A DNA stretch of 64,000 bases from contig CM000429.1 in assembly GCA_000165345.1 (NCBI GenBank), positions 672,001 through 736,000 of the forward strand, written 5' to 3'. The notes below the pieces were generated by a model. That model was not told the DNA's origin and did not search any database. It saw only the letters and a program-made list of their open reading frames with translations. This document shows positions 1 through 10,747 of this stretch, piece after piece; positions within the stretch are counted from its first letter, which is position 1; each line of letters starts with the position of its first letter. Made by a program: the position numbers and the translations under genes.

Positions 1-522
1 CTACTTTTAACATTAAAATCTCTTTATGATATGATAGGATTATTACCATTAGTTATTAATGATTCAAGCTTTAATTGGGAGAATTCTATTGTCATAGGTT
101 CACTCAAGCATGCAACAAGAGCTCTATATCAAAGTTCTACAATGCTTAAAAAACAAGATTTCACAGAAAAAGGATTCCCTATATATAATATAACAAATTT
201 TGAATGGGTTCAAGATATACAAAAGTTTGGAGTATATCAAATTATAGGTCAGACTTGTTTATTTGCTCAAAGAGCAGTTGAAAGATGGGACAAAGTCTTT
301 AATGATATTGGAAAAGCAAACATTTTGTTAGATTGTCTTTCAGATGCTAGAAAGAGTGTAATATCAAGTAGAATGGAAAGAAAGACAAAATTAAGATTAG
401 ATACTGTTAGAAATCCAGAAATAGCTTTCAAGAGAAAGAAAGCAATGAGAGAAAGGATTAGAGAAAACAAAAAGAGGAAGTTAAAAGTAAAGATTGAGAA
501 TAGAAAGTTAAATAGGGTTTGA
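1..522 (+). CDS. Partial CDS: the 3' end of a gene that starts upstream of the window. It has a K/R-rich basic C-terminal tail. I do not recognise the function.
   Basis: Frame 1 is open from base 1 to the stop at 520-522, and the ORF track shows 31..522. Composition is coding-like. Confidence 0.45.
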   Translation, partial: LLLTLKSLYDMIGLLPLVINDSSFNWENSIVIGSLKHATRALYQSSTMLKKQDFTEKGFPIYNITNFEWVQDIQKFGVYQIIGQTCLFAQRAVERWDKVFNDIGKANILLDCLSDARKSVISSRMERKTKLRLDTVRNPEIAFKRKKAMRERIRENKKRKLKVKIENRKLNRV

Positions 523-730
523 ATTATTCAATTTGAAGAAAGATCACAAAAATGATGATGGAATAATAATATTATTTGTTATATAAATAGGTATCGTAAA
601 TAATTCAAAAAGAATAAAAATTAAAGATCAAGTTAGAAAAAAGACTTTTTTAGTTGGATTTTAATAAGCTTTAGTTAAGTTTTCTAATTAATTTATTATT
701 TTGAGAAATTAACAAATTTGAAATGTCTTT

Positions 731-1709
731 TCATCCCTTCAGATGATTATGATAGAAATCTTCATCAAATAAATTCATCTTTGGAATCTTATTATTATAA
801 TTTGCAATAGACATTGCAGAAACACTTAATTGAAGATTTGTATTAGAATCAAACTCCAAAAGGATATCAGCTGGTTCCAATTGAATATCTTTCTCAGCAA
901 GTTCTTGACATAATCTAGATATATCGTCAATTGTGATAATCCTAGAGGATATAATTGAATCTTTATACTGAATTCCATCACAGAAATCTCTTTTAATTTC
1001 TCGACACTCTTCAGGATCTTGAATTTGGCAAGGATCTAAAACATTTGTAATTCTTAGAACTTTTGAATCCAAATTACGTGTACCTAAAGAATAAGTATCT
1101 TCTAGAGTGAATAGTAGTTGTAATGCAGTTTCTTGTCCTAAATAAAAAGCATTATCTTTGGTAATTGCTCCATTTATGGTTGTATGGGAATTCAAATTAT
1201 TAATAGGATTTAATACTGAATTGTAAGGTGATTGAATATTTGTTCCCGATCCTCCAACTGCTGTTGAAGAAGATGATGATTGTAGTGCTTGAGAATAGTC
1301 ATTTGGTCTAGAGACTTTAATTTTGGATCCCATACAAGCAAAACCATCTAATTGAAGAGCTTTTTCAGTTTCTTCTACAGTTCTAAATTCAACAAAACCA
1401 TAATTACCTTTTTTTTGAGCAAACCAAACACACAATATAGGATTTTCATTGGGATTTAAACATAATCCTCTCAATGCCATTTCCTGCCAGACAATTTGTT
1501 GAAAGCTTGATTCAGTAAGACCTAGATTTATAGGTAGATTACCAAAATAAAGCCTTCTAAACCTTCTTGTATTATTCATTGTAGCTGGATCCATTGATGC
1601 TGTACTTCCAGTTTTTGCTACCCATTGGAATCCATCATAGAAGACGGGAGTGGGCTCTTTACCTTCGCTTTGAGCAAGTTTTTGAAATCCTCCAGCCTTT
1701 TTAATACAT
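731..1709 (-). CDS. U2AF65-like splicing factor, exon 2. It contains RRM1 and a C-terminal UHM-like domain. RRM2 is not recognisable.
   Basis: RRLYFGNLP...NENPILCVWFAQKKGNYGFVEFRTVEETEKALQLDGFACMGSKIKVSRPNDY aligns with U2AF65 RRM1 (RRLYVGNIP...[33 protein letters not shown]...RPHDY). KVLRITNVLDPCQIQDPEECREIKRDFC resembles the start of the UHM (TEVLCLMNMV..EEYEEIVEDVRDEC). Confidence 0.7.
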
Positions 1710-1774
1710 CTAAAAAGAAAGGTTTAAATGTTAAAATATTCAATAATGAATTAATAAAAAAAAAACAAACTTAC
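1710..1774 (-). other. Intron (65 nt), GTAAGT...TTTCTTTTTAG, joining the RS exon to the RRM exon.
   Basis: Minus-strand donor GTAAGT and a polypyrimidine-AG acceptor. Splicing keeps the frame as ...RRRRRMQAK|CIKKAGGFQKLAQSEGKEPTPVFYDGFQWVAKTGSTASMDPATM... with no stop. Confidence 0.65.
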
Positions 1775-2997
1775 TTTGCTTGCATTCTTCTTCTTCTTCT
1801 TTCCCTCTCTCTAGATCTTTCTCTTTCTTCAGAAAATGATCTATTAACATAATTTTCATGTCTGTCTCGGTACCTATTTAAATATCTGATATTATTCCAA
1901 TTTCTGTCTCCATGATTATAACTATCTCTTTCATAGTCGTTGTAGTGACTATTTCCATGATCATAGTTGTATCCATGACTTGGTCTATTTCCATATTCAC
2001 TGTTTTTGTTAATAGCATAATCATTATCGTAGCCTTGGTCATAGTAATTCTCATTTCTGTAATATTGTGATCTATTTCGAGAAGTTTTTGTATTCGAATT
2101 AGAGATATATTCCTCATCAGAACAAGAATATGATCTGGTTCTGGGGTTGGATTTGGATTTGTATTTATTTTGAGACTCAGATATATGCTTTGATCTTGAA
2201 GAATGCCTAGATCTTGAGACACTTCTACTTTTGCTTCTGTTACATTCTTTATCAAAATCTCTATCTCTTTGCCTAACTTTGTCTCTAATTTTATTTCTTC
2301 CATCATTTTTATTTTCGCTTTTATTCGTTTTAATACTTGGACTTCTACTTCTACTAGTACTTCTACTTGAATTTATGGGTCCAGGGACAGATTTAGAGTG
2401 AGAATAAGTTGTAATATTATTTAACTCATAATCTTCATCACCAACCCTTTGAGTTGTGGTAATTCTAGAATGATTTTTAACATTACTTCTAAGGTATTTA
2501 AATTCGGATCTTTCATGAGCTCTTCCTCTATTCTCTATTCTGTCTCCAGAGCTTGAAACGGATCTTAACTTTTGTGATCTTCTCGAGTGAGAAAAGTCTC
2601 TCTCATCTTGGCGTTGGTGGTTATAATGATGACGATGATAATAGCCATCGTTAAATTCTTCCGGACTGGATTCATAGTTTCTTTTTACTCTTTCTTTAGA
2701 CCTTCCTCTTTCTATTGATTTTCTTTGAACTTGTCTTGACCCTGCCCTTGGACATGACCTTGAATTCGATCTTGAATTTGATAGTGACATAGATTCAGAT
2801 CGATACCTATTTTCTGAGCTAGATTTTGACATTGATCTTGAACTTGACTTAAATTTTTGCCTTGTGTTCGTTTTGGCTGAAGAATATCTTCTTCTATCAT
2901 AGGAAGAGTTTGAGCTTGATCTAGATGCTTTAGAAGAATTAAAACCTCCTCCTTTGAAGGAAGATTCCCCTCTTCTTCGATGATCTCTGCTGCTCAT
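1775..2997 (-). CDS. U2AF large-subunit (U2AF65)-like splicing factor, exon 1. This is the N-terminal arginine/serine-rich (RS) domain.
   Basis: The ORF 2997..1771 is extremely R/S/D/E/Y-rich with SRSRS repeats, typical of an RS domain. A canonical donor GTAAGT lies at 1774-1769 on the minus strand. Reading past it would hit an in-frame TAA immediately. Confidence 0.65.
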
Positions 2998-3259
2998 TTC
3001 AATTCTAACTTAATCTTTTCAAGCTTTAAGAAATTGAAGGAAAAAAATCTTGGAGAAAAAATTTGATGATGCTTACCACTTAAGTATATATGGATGGTAC
3101 AATTGGACTTATTCTCTTAATTAATTAATTTCAAGAAACTTTAATTTCAGCCTCTTTCCATATCATTTAAATAAAAAATAACAATAATTCCAATGCTTGC
3201 TATTAATTTTTACCACGCTCAAAAATATTTGGGCATATTAAAAAAAAATATAGAAAAAG

Positions 3260-3330
3260 TGCACTAACGGGGAATCGAACCCCGGTCGAAACGATGGCAA
3301 CGTTTCATCATACCACTAGACCATTAGTGC
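3260..3330 (-). tRNA. tRNA-Gly, anticodon GCC.
   Basis: The minus-strand sequence is GCACTAATGGTCTAGTGGTATGATGAAACGTTGCCATCGTTTCGACCGGGGTTCGATTCCCCGTTAGTGCA. It has a 7-bp acceptor stem (GCACTAA/TTAGTGC) and an anticodon stem AAACG/CGTTT with loop TTGCCAT, giving anticodon GCC. The B-box is GGTTCGATTCC. It is followed by a TTTTT Pol III terminator. Confidence 0.8.
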
Positions 3331-3663
3331 TCACGTGACATTTTGTCGAATGAGATAATTAATATTGTATTAGGTTTTTAAGGAGTATAAAGTGTAGAGT
3401 GAAGATTGTTGTGATAACGATAAATAATTAGTGGGAAATTAGGGGAGGTAAAATAAAAATAAAAAAAAATATATTTAGAGCAAGGAGAAAATATAATTGA
3501 ATAAAATAATTAGTATTTGAAAAAAGGTTGTAATTTTTACCTTATTTGTATTAAATTCTTGATTTTGATAATTTATTTGGAGAACAAAATCCAATAAATT
3601 AATGTGGAAATGTGTATTTGTTTATATTACTCAAAAAGTGAATTTTCATAGGTTAGTTTAAGA

Positions 3664-5496
3664 ATGAATAAGAACAATAATGTATGTCTTGGAAGAAGAG
3701 GAAGACCTAAAAAAAACCAGCCAAAGCCTTCTCTAATTGACTGTATTGAAGCTCTTTCGGAGATTGATAACTTTAGTTTTTTCCCAATATATAAAAGAGA
3801 ATTATCAAATAAAAACTTCAGTGAGATAAAGCAAATTTTTAAGTTGAACAATAATTTCAGTAGTTGGTACACTTTGAATAAATCTTCATCCATAATGGAT
3901 TGTCAGAGTGATTTTTTGAATGAAGATACCTTAAACTCTACATCCACTTCTGATAATTCGATCAAAGTTTCATTCAATAATGATTTGGAAGAAATGGTAC
4001 TAAATGTGAATTCAGGAATAAAAACAAAGTCAGATTTTATGCCATTTCTTTTCTTTACCAATGGCCATGTTTGGAAAATGGCATTTAGTCCTCCATCTCA
4101 TTCAATAAATAAGATTTTTCTTGCCATAGGTATTCATTCACATGAATCCCCCATTTCTCAAATAAACAAAAGATATAATGACAAAGGAATAATCCAAATT
4201 TGGAGTATTCCTTTTCAAAATCCAGAAAATGAGGCTGATAACTCTTTATTACCTCAACAAGTTTTTGAGATTTATCATAATGGTCAGTTTTGCAGATTTC
4301 TTGAATGGATTCCCCAAAGTGAGAAACCAGAAAAAGGATCAGCTGGACTCCTTTTTTGTGTTCTAGGAGATGGAGTTGCATATTTACTTTCTATTCCTTT
4401 GCTTAATAATATGATATTAAATCGATTCAATATTGATGATTTGGTTGTTTGGAAATATTCAAATCCATATTACACAATTTGTTCTGCTTCTATTCGTATT
4501 CCAGATGTTGAAGCAGAATACTTAAGAATTGTTGGAACTACTGTTGAAGGGATCTTATTAGTATGGACTTTTGAAGCAGAATCTAATTCTAAACAAAACT
4601 TGGTGCTTCTAAATCCTTCAGAACAAATTATCTTAGTATCCCAAAATATTCCACTCCTTTCAGCTTCTTGGTGTCCCATTTACTCCTCAAGTTTGATCGC
4701 CGTTTGTGATTACAATGGAAAAATCTCAATTGTTGATATTAGAAGAAGCAGTAATAATTTAATCAAGGAATTTGAATTACCAAATAGACCAATAACATGT
4801 ATTATTTGGAGTAGATTTGTTAATAATATCTACCTTTCTCATGGAATTGGAGCCATAGTTTTGTCAGTTGAGACAGGCGATTATACCCAATTCACTATTG
4901 AGGCATACAATAAGAAGAAAAAATATTCAAAATATGAGGAAGAACAAATTTCTCCTATTTTGGGTTCCAGATCCTGGACATGTAGTTCATTTCTTCATCA
5001 TGCAATATTTGGATTCAATGATGGATCAACAATTATTGGACCTTGCTTTGAATTTGAATCCAAGTCTTTCCAAGAAACGATTTTGATCAAGGCTTTGGTA
5101 ACAAATTTAAATGAAAATGAACCAATTCATATTGACGAGGTAGCTGATGATAATAATGTTGAAATGAACAATGAGTTATCTTCTATCGAATACAATGATC
5201 CCCACGATGTAAATAATAACTTAGATAATGAATTAGAGGCAGTCAATAATTTAAAGTTGTTTAATTCTATGAAGGAATTAATCACGAATAATTATAACCA
5301 AAGGGTAAATAGAATGAAACAAGGATCTATTAAGATCATATGGAATCATGAAAATAATAACTTGAATGCTGTTGACTTTCTTGAAGTTCAATGTATAACT
5401 TCCGTTGACCTATTTAATTATCCCAAATTAATAGACCAACCTTATGTTGCTATTGCTTATTTCGGAGGCCTTGTAGCTATCCATAAATTCAAATAA
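3664..5496 (+). CDS. Protein with an N-terminal AT-hook-like motif (GRRGRPKK) and WD40-like beta-propeller repeats. Function unknown.
   Basis: A 610-aa ORF. The AT-hook-like motif is at residues 10-18. WD-like segments include KISIVDIRRSS and PITCIIWS. Confidence 0.55.
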   Translation: MNKNNNVCLGRRGRPKKNQPKPSLIDCIEALSEIDNFSFFPIYKRELSNKNFSEIKQIFKLNNNFSSWYTLNKSSSIMDCQSDFLNEDTLNSTSTSDNSIKVSFNNDLEEMVLNVNSGIKTKSDFMPFLFFTNGHVWKMAFSPPSHSINKIFLAIGIHSHESPISQINKRYNDKGIIQIWSIPFQNPENEADNSLLPQQVFEIYHNGQFCRFLEWIPQSEKPEKGSAGLLFCVLGDGVAYLLSIPLLNNMILNRFNIDDLVVWKYSNPYYTICSASIRIPDVEAEYLRIVGTTVEGILLVWTFEAESNSKQNLVLLNPSEQIILVSQNIPLLSASWCPIYSSSLIAVCDYNGKISIVDIRRSSNNLIKEFELPNRPITCIIWSRFVNNIYLSHGIGAIVLSVETGDYTQFTIEAYNKKKKYSKYEEEQISPILGSRSWTCSSFLHHAIFGFNDGSTIIGPCFEFESKSFQETILIKALVTNLNENEPIHIDEVADDNNVEMNNELSSIEYNDPHDVNNNLDNELEAVNNLKLFNSMKELITNNYNQRVNRMKQGSIKIIWNHENNNLNAVDFLEVQCITSVDLFNYPKLIDQPYVAIAYFGGLVAIHKFK

Positions 5497-5501
5497 AGCC
5501 A

Positions 5502-8039
5502 TTAATTATTGAGTTGTAATAGTAAGAATTCCATTCCTTTATTTGGGTTGGATAAAATATATATTTTTAATGAATCGATGAACTGTTGCTTACTTTCATT
5601 AAACTCTGAGTAAAGTAATTCAAAAGCTAATGCAATCTTTTTAACGGTTTTCTGTATTTTCCTTCTTAAAATCATACATGGAACGTACTTTTTACTCTTT
5701 AAAACATTATTCACATTAATCAAGAATTGTACAAGCTGGTTAATTTTATAAGTTAATATATTTAGTCTTCTTCCAAGCTTGAGTAAGATTACAAAACTTA
5801 TAGAGATTGATTGAAATGACTGATCTATTTCTGAATTATTGGGATCTCTCTTATTTGGAGCTAGGGTCAATTTATGTAGCTTCTCAAGATACAACTTATG
5901 GCTTTTAATCATAAATGAAACAGAGTTATTGCTATTGAGATGATTTTTGAAGTCTTCCCATATTATTGGATATTGCATTGAGAAATAACCATAATAAATA
6001 TCCACAATAAATTGAATTGAAAAACGTATTTTTTGAGTTATATAAAGCAACGAATCAATCCATTTCATAATAATTAGACAATTATTATTACAGAATTTAA
6101 TATAATCAAAATCATCATTTGCCATTTTTTTTGCTTTTTGCTTACAAAGCAGAATTCCCTGTTTTTCTCGATTCATTAAAGTGAGAGTTTGGAATACTTG
6201 ATTTAAAAATAATGAACATCTCTTGACTTCTAATAAAAAACTAAAGATGTTTGAATACTCCTCCATGTTATTTTTGTCAAAGAATTGCAATATTAAATAA
6301 CTTGGGATACCACAAATCAACATTTGAGTATTTGATGGATTTATATTTGAAATTAAATTGGGATTTGTATTATTAATTCTGATTTTTAAGGAATAGAATG
6401 TTGGTAATTGACCTTTAATATAGTCTTTTGAGTTACTAACTTCAAATTCTAATAGAAACATTGACATAATTTTCCTCTTAATTTCCCTTTCATCATCTTT
6501 GATTCCTTTATTATATATAAGTTTAATTGAAAGATTTGCTTCAGTTGGATCAACATCTATATTTGGGAACTTTCTTTTTGAATCCAAACGTAGAGTTTTA
6601 ATTAATTGTTCAGTAGATGATTCTTCCAAAATTACAAGTTCACTTAAGCATGATAAAATATTAATTATTCGAATTCCTTGATAGCTTTCAAAGTTAACTT
6701 GATTTTTGATTAATTTAGTTATGATTGGATTTACAAAATCTACTTTATTCTCTTCATTTTCCTTAATAAATAATTCCTTATAGTAGGTCTTCAAACTTTT
6801 ATTTAGCTCTCTGAATGATTCTCCAATGTTACTTTGAAAAGTATATCTTCTCTGGATAACCTGAGGTTTATTATTATCATTACTCTTGAATAACATATTT
6901 ATAGGAAAAGCTTTTGATTGATCTTGAAGATTTAGATCACTAAATAGGTCCATAGAAGTATTTGGAAGAAGATTATCAACTTTAATTGTTCTCAATATAG
7001 AATCTAGTGTTGAAATTTCATTCTTTGGTTGGATTTCAAAAATATTTCCAATGTTATATAAATAACAAGTATTGTATTTATTATAATAATTTAAAATATC
7101 ATGTAGAATACATACTGAGTCATGAAATTCGATTGTGTCACTTCCTTTATTAGATGGAAATTTTTTGAGAGAGTTTGGAGTATTTGGAATAAACTTAATA
7201 AAAGTATCAATACATTTTCTTAATAAAGAAATCCATATATTCAATAAATATTCGTCAATGATTAAAATCGACTTTTCAATATTACCAAATAAAGTTTCAA
7301 GAATGAATATATTTAATTCAATCTTTTGGATTTCTGCATTCTTGATATTACTTAAATCAGTCAGGAATACTTTATTGATCAAAATATTGAAAAAAGAGCG
7401 AATATTTGACCAAATATTTAAATATGGATGTAGTAAACTGCTAAGATAAACGATCGTAATCGGAGTTGAACATACTGTTTGCTCGTTCATTACTCCAAAT
7501 TGAAATTCACGCAGTGGGTAAGCTGAATCAACTTCCCAAAATAGTTGCTCATCCCCCCATAAATCCTCCTGCATAATAAAACTTTCGATCACATCCATTC
7601 CTTGAACTTTTGCTCCGATTTGATTAAATTCAGAAGCTAACTCATTAAATGATACTTCGCAGTTATTAAGGTGGTGATATTGTAACTCACAAAGTTTTGA
7701 GTCCCATTTTTGCATTAATTCAATAATAAACTCGGAAACACAACTTCCTAACTCTTTCCAGACTTGGAACTGTTTACTGTTCTCTTTCTCGTTAAGCCGG
7801 ATCAATTCAAGATTGTTAACTATAACATTAAGCTGGAATCTTATTTCTTCAAACACACTTTCTTTAAAGCAGCAATTTCTCATTAACTCATTGTATGCGT
7901 TATTAGTGGAAAATAAGGAATTAATTATGTTATTTACTATCCAAAATTGAGAAAATCTTTGTGTGTCTGATGATGAGAATTCCTTTCTATTAATAATTTC
8001 AGAAGGAAGTCTAATAATTGAGCCATTTTCAATGCTCAT
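5502..8039 (-). CDS. Large hypothetical protein, 845 aa, predicted alpha-helical. It may be a gamma-tubulin-complex (GCP)-like or other solenoid protein. I cannot confirm this.
   Basis: A long uninterrupted ORF with A-rich context before the ATG. I recognise no catalytic motif. Confidence 0.5.
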   Translation of the reverse strand: MSIENGSIIRLPSEIINRKEFSSSDTQRFSQFWIVNNIINSLFSTNNAYNELMRNCCFKESVFEEIRFQLNVIVNNLELIRLNEKENSKQFQVWKELGSCVSEFIIELMQKWDSKLCELQYHHLNNCEVSFNELASEFNQIGAKVQGMDVIESFIMQEDLWGDEQLFWEVDSAYPLREFQFGVMNEQTVCSTPITIVYLSSLLHPYLNIWSNIRSFFNILINKVFLTDLSNIKNAEIQKIELNIFILETLFGNIEKSILIIDEYLLNIWISLLRKCIDTFIKFIPNTPNSLKKFPSNKGSDTIEFHDSVCILHDILNYYNKYNTCYLYNIGNIFEIQPKNEISTLDSILRTIKVDNLLPNTSMDLFSDLNLQDQSKAFPINMLFKSNDNNKPQVIQRRYTFQSNIGESFRELNKSLKTYYKELFIKENEENKVDFVNPIITKLIKNQVNFESYQGIRIINILSCLSELVILEESSTEQLIKTLRLDSKRKFPNIDVDPTEANLSIKLIYNKGIKDDEREIKRKIMSMFLLEFEVSNSKDYIKGQLPTFYSLKIRINNTNPNLISNINPSNTQMLICGIPSYLILQFFDKNNMEEYSNIFSFLLEVKRCSLFLNQVFQTLTLMNREKQGILLCKQKAKKMANDDFDYIKFCNNNCLIIMKWIDSLLYITQKIRFSIQFIVDIYYGYFSMQYPIIWEDFKNHLNSNNSVSFMIKSHKLYLEKLHKLTLAPNKRDPNNSEIDQSFQSISISFVILLKLGRRLNILTYKINQLVQFLINVNNVLKSKKYVPCMILRRKIQKTVKKIALAFELLYSEFNESKQQFIDSLKIYILSNPNKGMEFLLLQLNN

Positions 8040-8410
8040 TTTTTCTTATAAATTAATTTAATTACACATTATTGTGAGGTATTTTTATGTGGCGCAATTT
8101 TGCCCAACACCGTTACTAAAAACTGTCAAACACGTAATGCATGCAGTGACGGTATTAAAAAAAAAATTCATGAGGACAATAATAATAAAAAATTACTCAC
8201 AAAAATTTTGATTAATATAAGAATAATTTTTTTTAATAAAAAAATTAATTACTTCATTTAAAAAAAATTATTTTGAATTTTTATCTGGAAAAAAAATATT
8301 TACATATAATTAATGAACAATAACTAAATAAATATAAATTTATGACAGAAATCTCAAATAATTATTTCAAGCAATAATTAATTCAATTTTGATTTTACAA
8401 GTCGAAAAAA

Positions 8411-8424
8411 TTGCATGCATGCAA
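8411..8424. promoter_or_regulatory. Palindromic TTGCATGCATGCAA box in the bidirectional promoter between divergent genes 5502..8039(-) and 8648..10900(+). It matches the apicomplexan AP2-type GCATGC motif. A second TGCATGCA box is at 8138-8145.
   Basis: The palindrome and its position between divergent ATGs are read from the sequence. GCATGCA is a known over-represented upstream motif in Cryptosporidium and other apicomplexans. Confidence 0.6.
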
Positions 8425-8647
8425 TTATTATTCATGTGCGAGTAGTTTTGAGTCAAGCCCATTAAAAATTAATTGGAATTAATTATTTCCGAGGTAAATA
8501 AATTATTAAGAAATTAAATTGATAGAAAAAAATTATAGTTTTGAAAGAGAAAGTAATAATTATTTTAATTAAAAATTTAAAGAAAGGGGAGAGATAAACC
8601 CCAAATAACAGATTTCAAATATCAAAATAAATATATAAAAAAAAATA

Positions 8648-10376
8648 ATGGACCTCCATCCTCATATTAGAGCATTGGATGTAGTAGAGACATTTTGGGA
8701 AACATTCAACGAGCTTGGAAATGTCATAATTTTAAATCCAATAATTGTTAAGTCTTCTTTCCCTATAAGTGTTGATATGGTTAGAGATGCAACACAAAAA
8801 ATGATACAAAGGCATCAATCATTGAGAGTACGAATAATTTCAAAGATGACAAATAGTGAAGGAAAGAAGGCTTTAAAGAGATATTTTGTAGACCTTTGTG
8901 ACAGTGCAGAGGTAGTAATTAGAGAAGAATTTCTATCAACGCAAGAAAATCAAAATTTAGAATTTGAAAATGAACCAGTTTGGGAAAGTATGCTGGTCAA
9001 AGAGCAGAATGAATTTTTCGATAATGAAAATTCTCCATTATGGAGAATTAGAATGATGAGACTCGGAAAGTGCGGAAATACATACAGAACATGTTTTATT
9101 GGGAGCTTTCATCATGCAATAATGGACGGTCTAAGTCGTCAGTATTTCTGGACAGAATTATTAGGTTTATGCGCACTTTCTAATGAATTTCCAGATATAG
9201 CTATTCCAAAAAATAGGCCCACAGCCCTTCCAAAGAGTGTTTGCAAGTACTTTCCTTCTTCATTGAAGGTAAGGCTACTTAAACCATTTTACTCTTGGAG
9301 GGCAACAGCAGCACATGGAGTTTGTTTATATAGAAAGTTGGTGGCACCATTTGAAAATCCGTGTAGTCTTGAAATTTCACGAGACTTATATGCCGATTTT
9401 AAAAAGTCTCCTAGGACAAGCATTTTACCAATAAAAATTTCAAAGGAACTATTAAAGAAATTAATGACAAAATGTAAGGAAAGAAAGATTCAGTTAAATG
9501 GCGCAATAGAGGCAGTTTCAGCTTTAGGACTAATGGGGTTAATATACGAATTGAGAGAAAATAGAATGAATAGAAACTCTGGAGATATTTCCGAGTTGAA
9601 GGATGATGACAAATCACCGGAAAATCAACGCAATAGAGAACTATCGACTACATTAAATTTAAATTGCATGAATAATTGTGCTCCTTTCAATATTAGAGGA
9701 AGTGATTGCTTCATTCAAGGAGCTGAGGGCAATACAATAATTCCAATTAGAACAATGGTTGCAATTAACTGCAGAAGATGGGTAACAAAAGATAACCCTT
9801 CAGTACGCCCAGAAACAAGCAAAGATGTTGAAGCAGATTTAATGAACGTGTTAGAAGTAATGCAGAATAATAATAACAGTGGTACAACAACCACAACTAC
9901 TTTGACAGACAAAAATGATGAGATTGCTATTAAAAATGACTCAACTGAATGCTCAAATTTAAATTCCGGGGATGAAAATATATCTTCATTAGAAAATACT
10001 GAATTTAGTGAAGCTTATGCAAATAGATCAAGAAGCTATAAAAGCCATTCTAGGGAATTCTTTAATAATCTGAATAAAATAAATATATCATTAACAAAGC
10101 TGAATTCACAAAATGGAGAGAAGATTGGCCCATCGTGGCTTAAAAAAGCAGTTTCTAAAGTAATGAGCCCCAAAAATAAAAAATCTAAACAGATTAAAAC
10201 AGTTGGTTTAGGTTCCTATGCAGTGCTTATGGGATTGGACATGAAAGTTGAGAAGGACTGCATGTCAGATATTGATAAGATGTGGGAATTAGCAAACAAT
10301 ACAAACAAGAAAATACATTCAATAGTGGATTCAAAAGACCCATCAGCTGTAACATTTGAGTGGCATGTAATAAGTG
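8648..10376 (+). CDS. WS/DGAT-family acyltransferase (wax ester synthase / diacylglycerol acyltransferase-like, HHxxxDG motif), exon 1.
   Basis: MDLHPH... and ...PLWRIRMMRLGKCGNTYRTCFIGSFHHAIMDGLS parallel bacterial WS/DGAT AtfA (MRPLHP...[31 protein letters not shown]). The HHAIMDG catalytic motif is present. The donor G|GTAAGT is at 10377. Confidence 0.65.
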
Positions 10377-10433
10377 GTAAGTTGCTTCATTAATTTAATG
10401 TATTTATTATGAATGAATATTAATTTTTATTAG

Positions 10434-10660
10434 GTTTTATACACGATTTAGCAAATTCTCCCACAAGGTCTGATAAAAATAGATTATTAATGCAGCTTGG
10501 TGACCCAACAATCAGACCTTCATCGTTTCTAGTTAGTAATGGAGGGTTATGGGATTCAAGCCCATTACAAGAACTAATTAAAAGGATTAATTCAATCACA
10601 ACTGAGCAGGAAGTAATGGTGGAGGTAGAGTCATCATACAGCTGTGTTGCACAGCATAAC
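10434..10660 (+). CDS. WS/DGAT-like acyltransferase, exon 2.
   Basis: Intron 1 is 10377..10433 (GTAAGT...TTTTTATTAG). The frame is maintained (G|GT then FIHDLANSPTRSDKNRLLMQLGDPTIRPSS...AQHN). The donor AAC|GTAAGT is at 10661. Confidence 0.6.
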
Positions 10661-10747
10661 GTAAGTTTAATCAAAAGAAATTTGGTAAAAAGATAACTAG
10701 AAATTCACTTTATTTGATTTTTCTATTCGAAATATTAAAATTTATAG

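Noticed and set aside
1878-2900. ORFs 1878..2306 and 2712..2900 (minus strand) overlapping the RS-domain exon.
   Set aside because: They are alternative frames of the same strand within the AGA/GAA-rich RS-coding region. They lack the coherent SR/RRM features of the main frame.
8091-8105. GGCGCAATTTTGCCC near the ATG of gene 5502..8039 as an E2F site.
   Set aside because: It lacks the GGCGCC/GGCGGG core and is only loosely palindromic. It is too weak to call.
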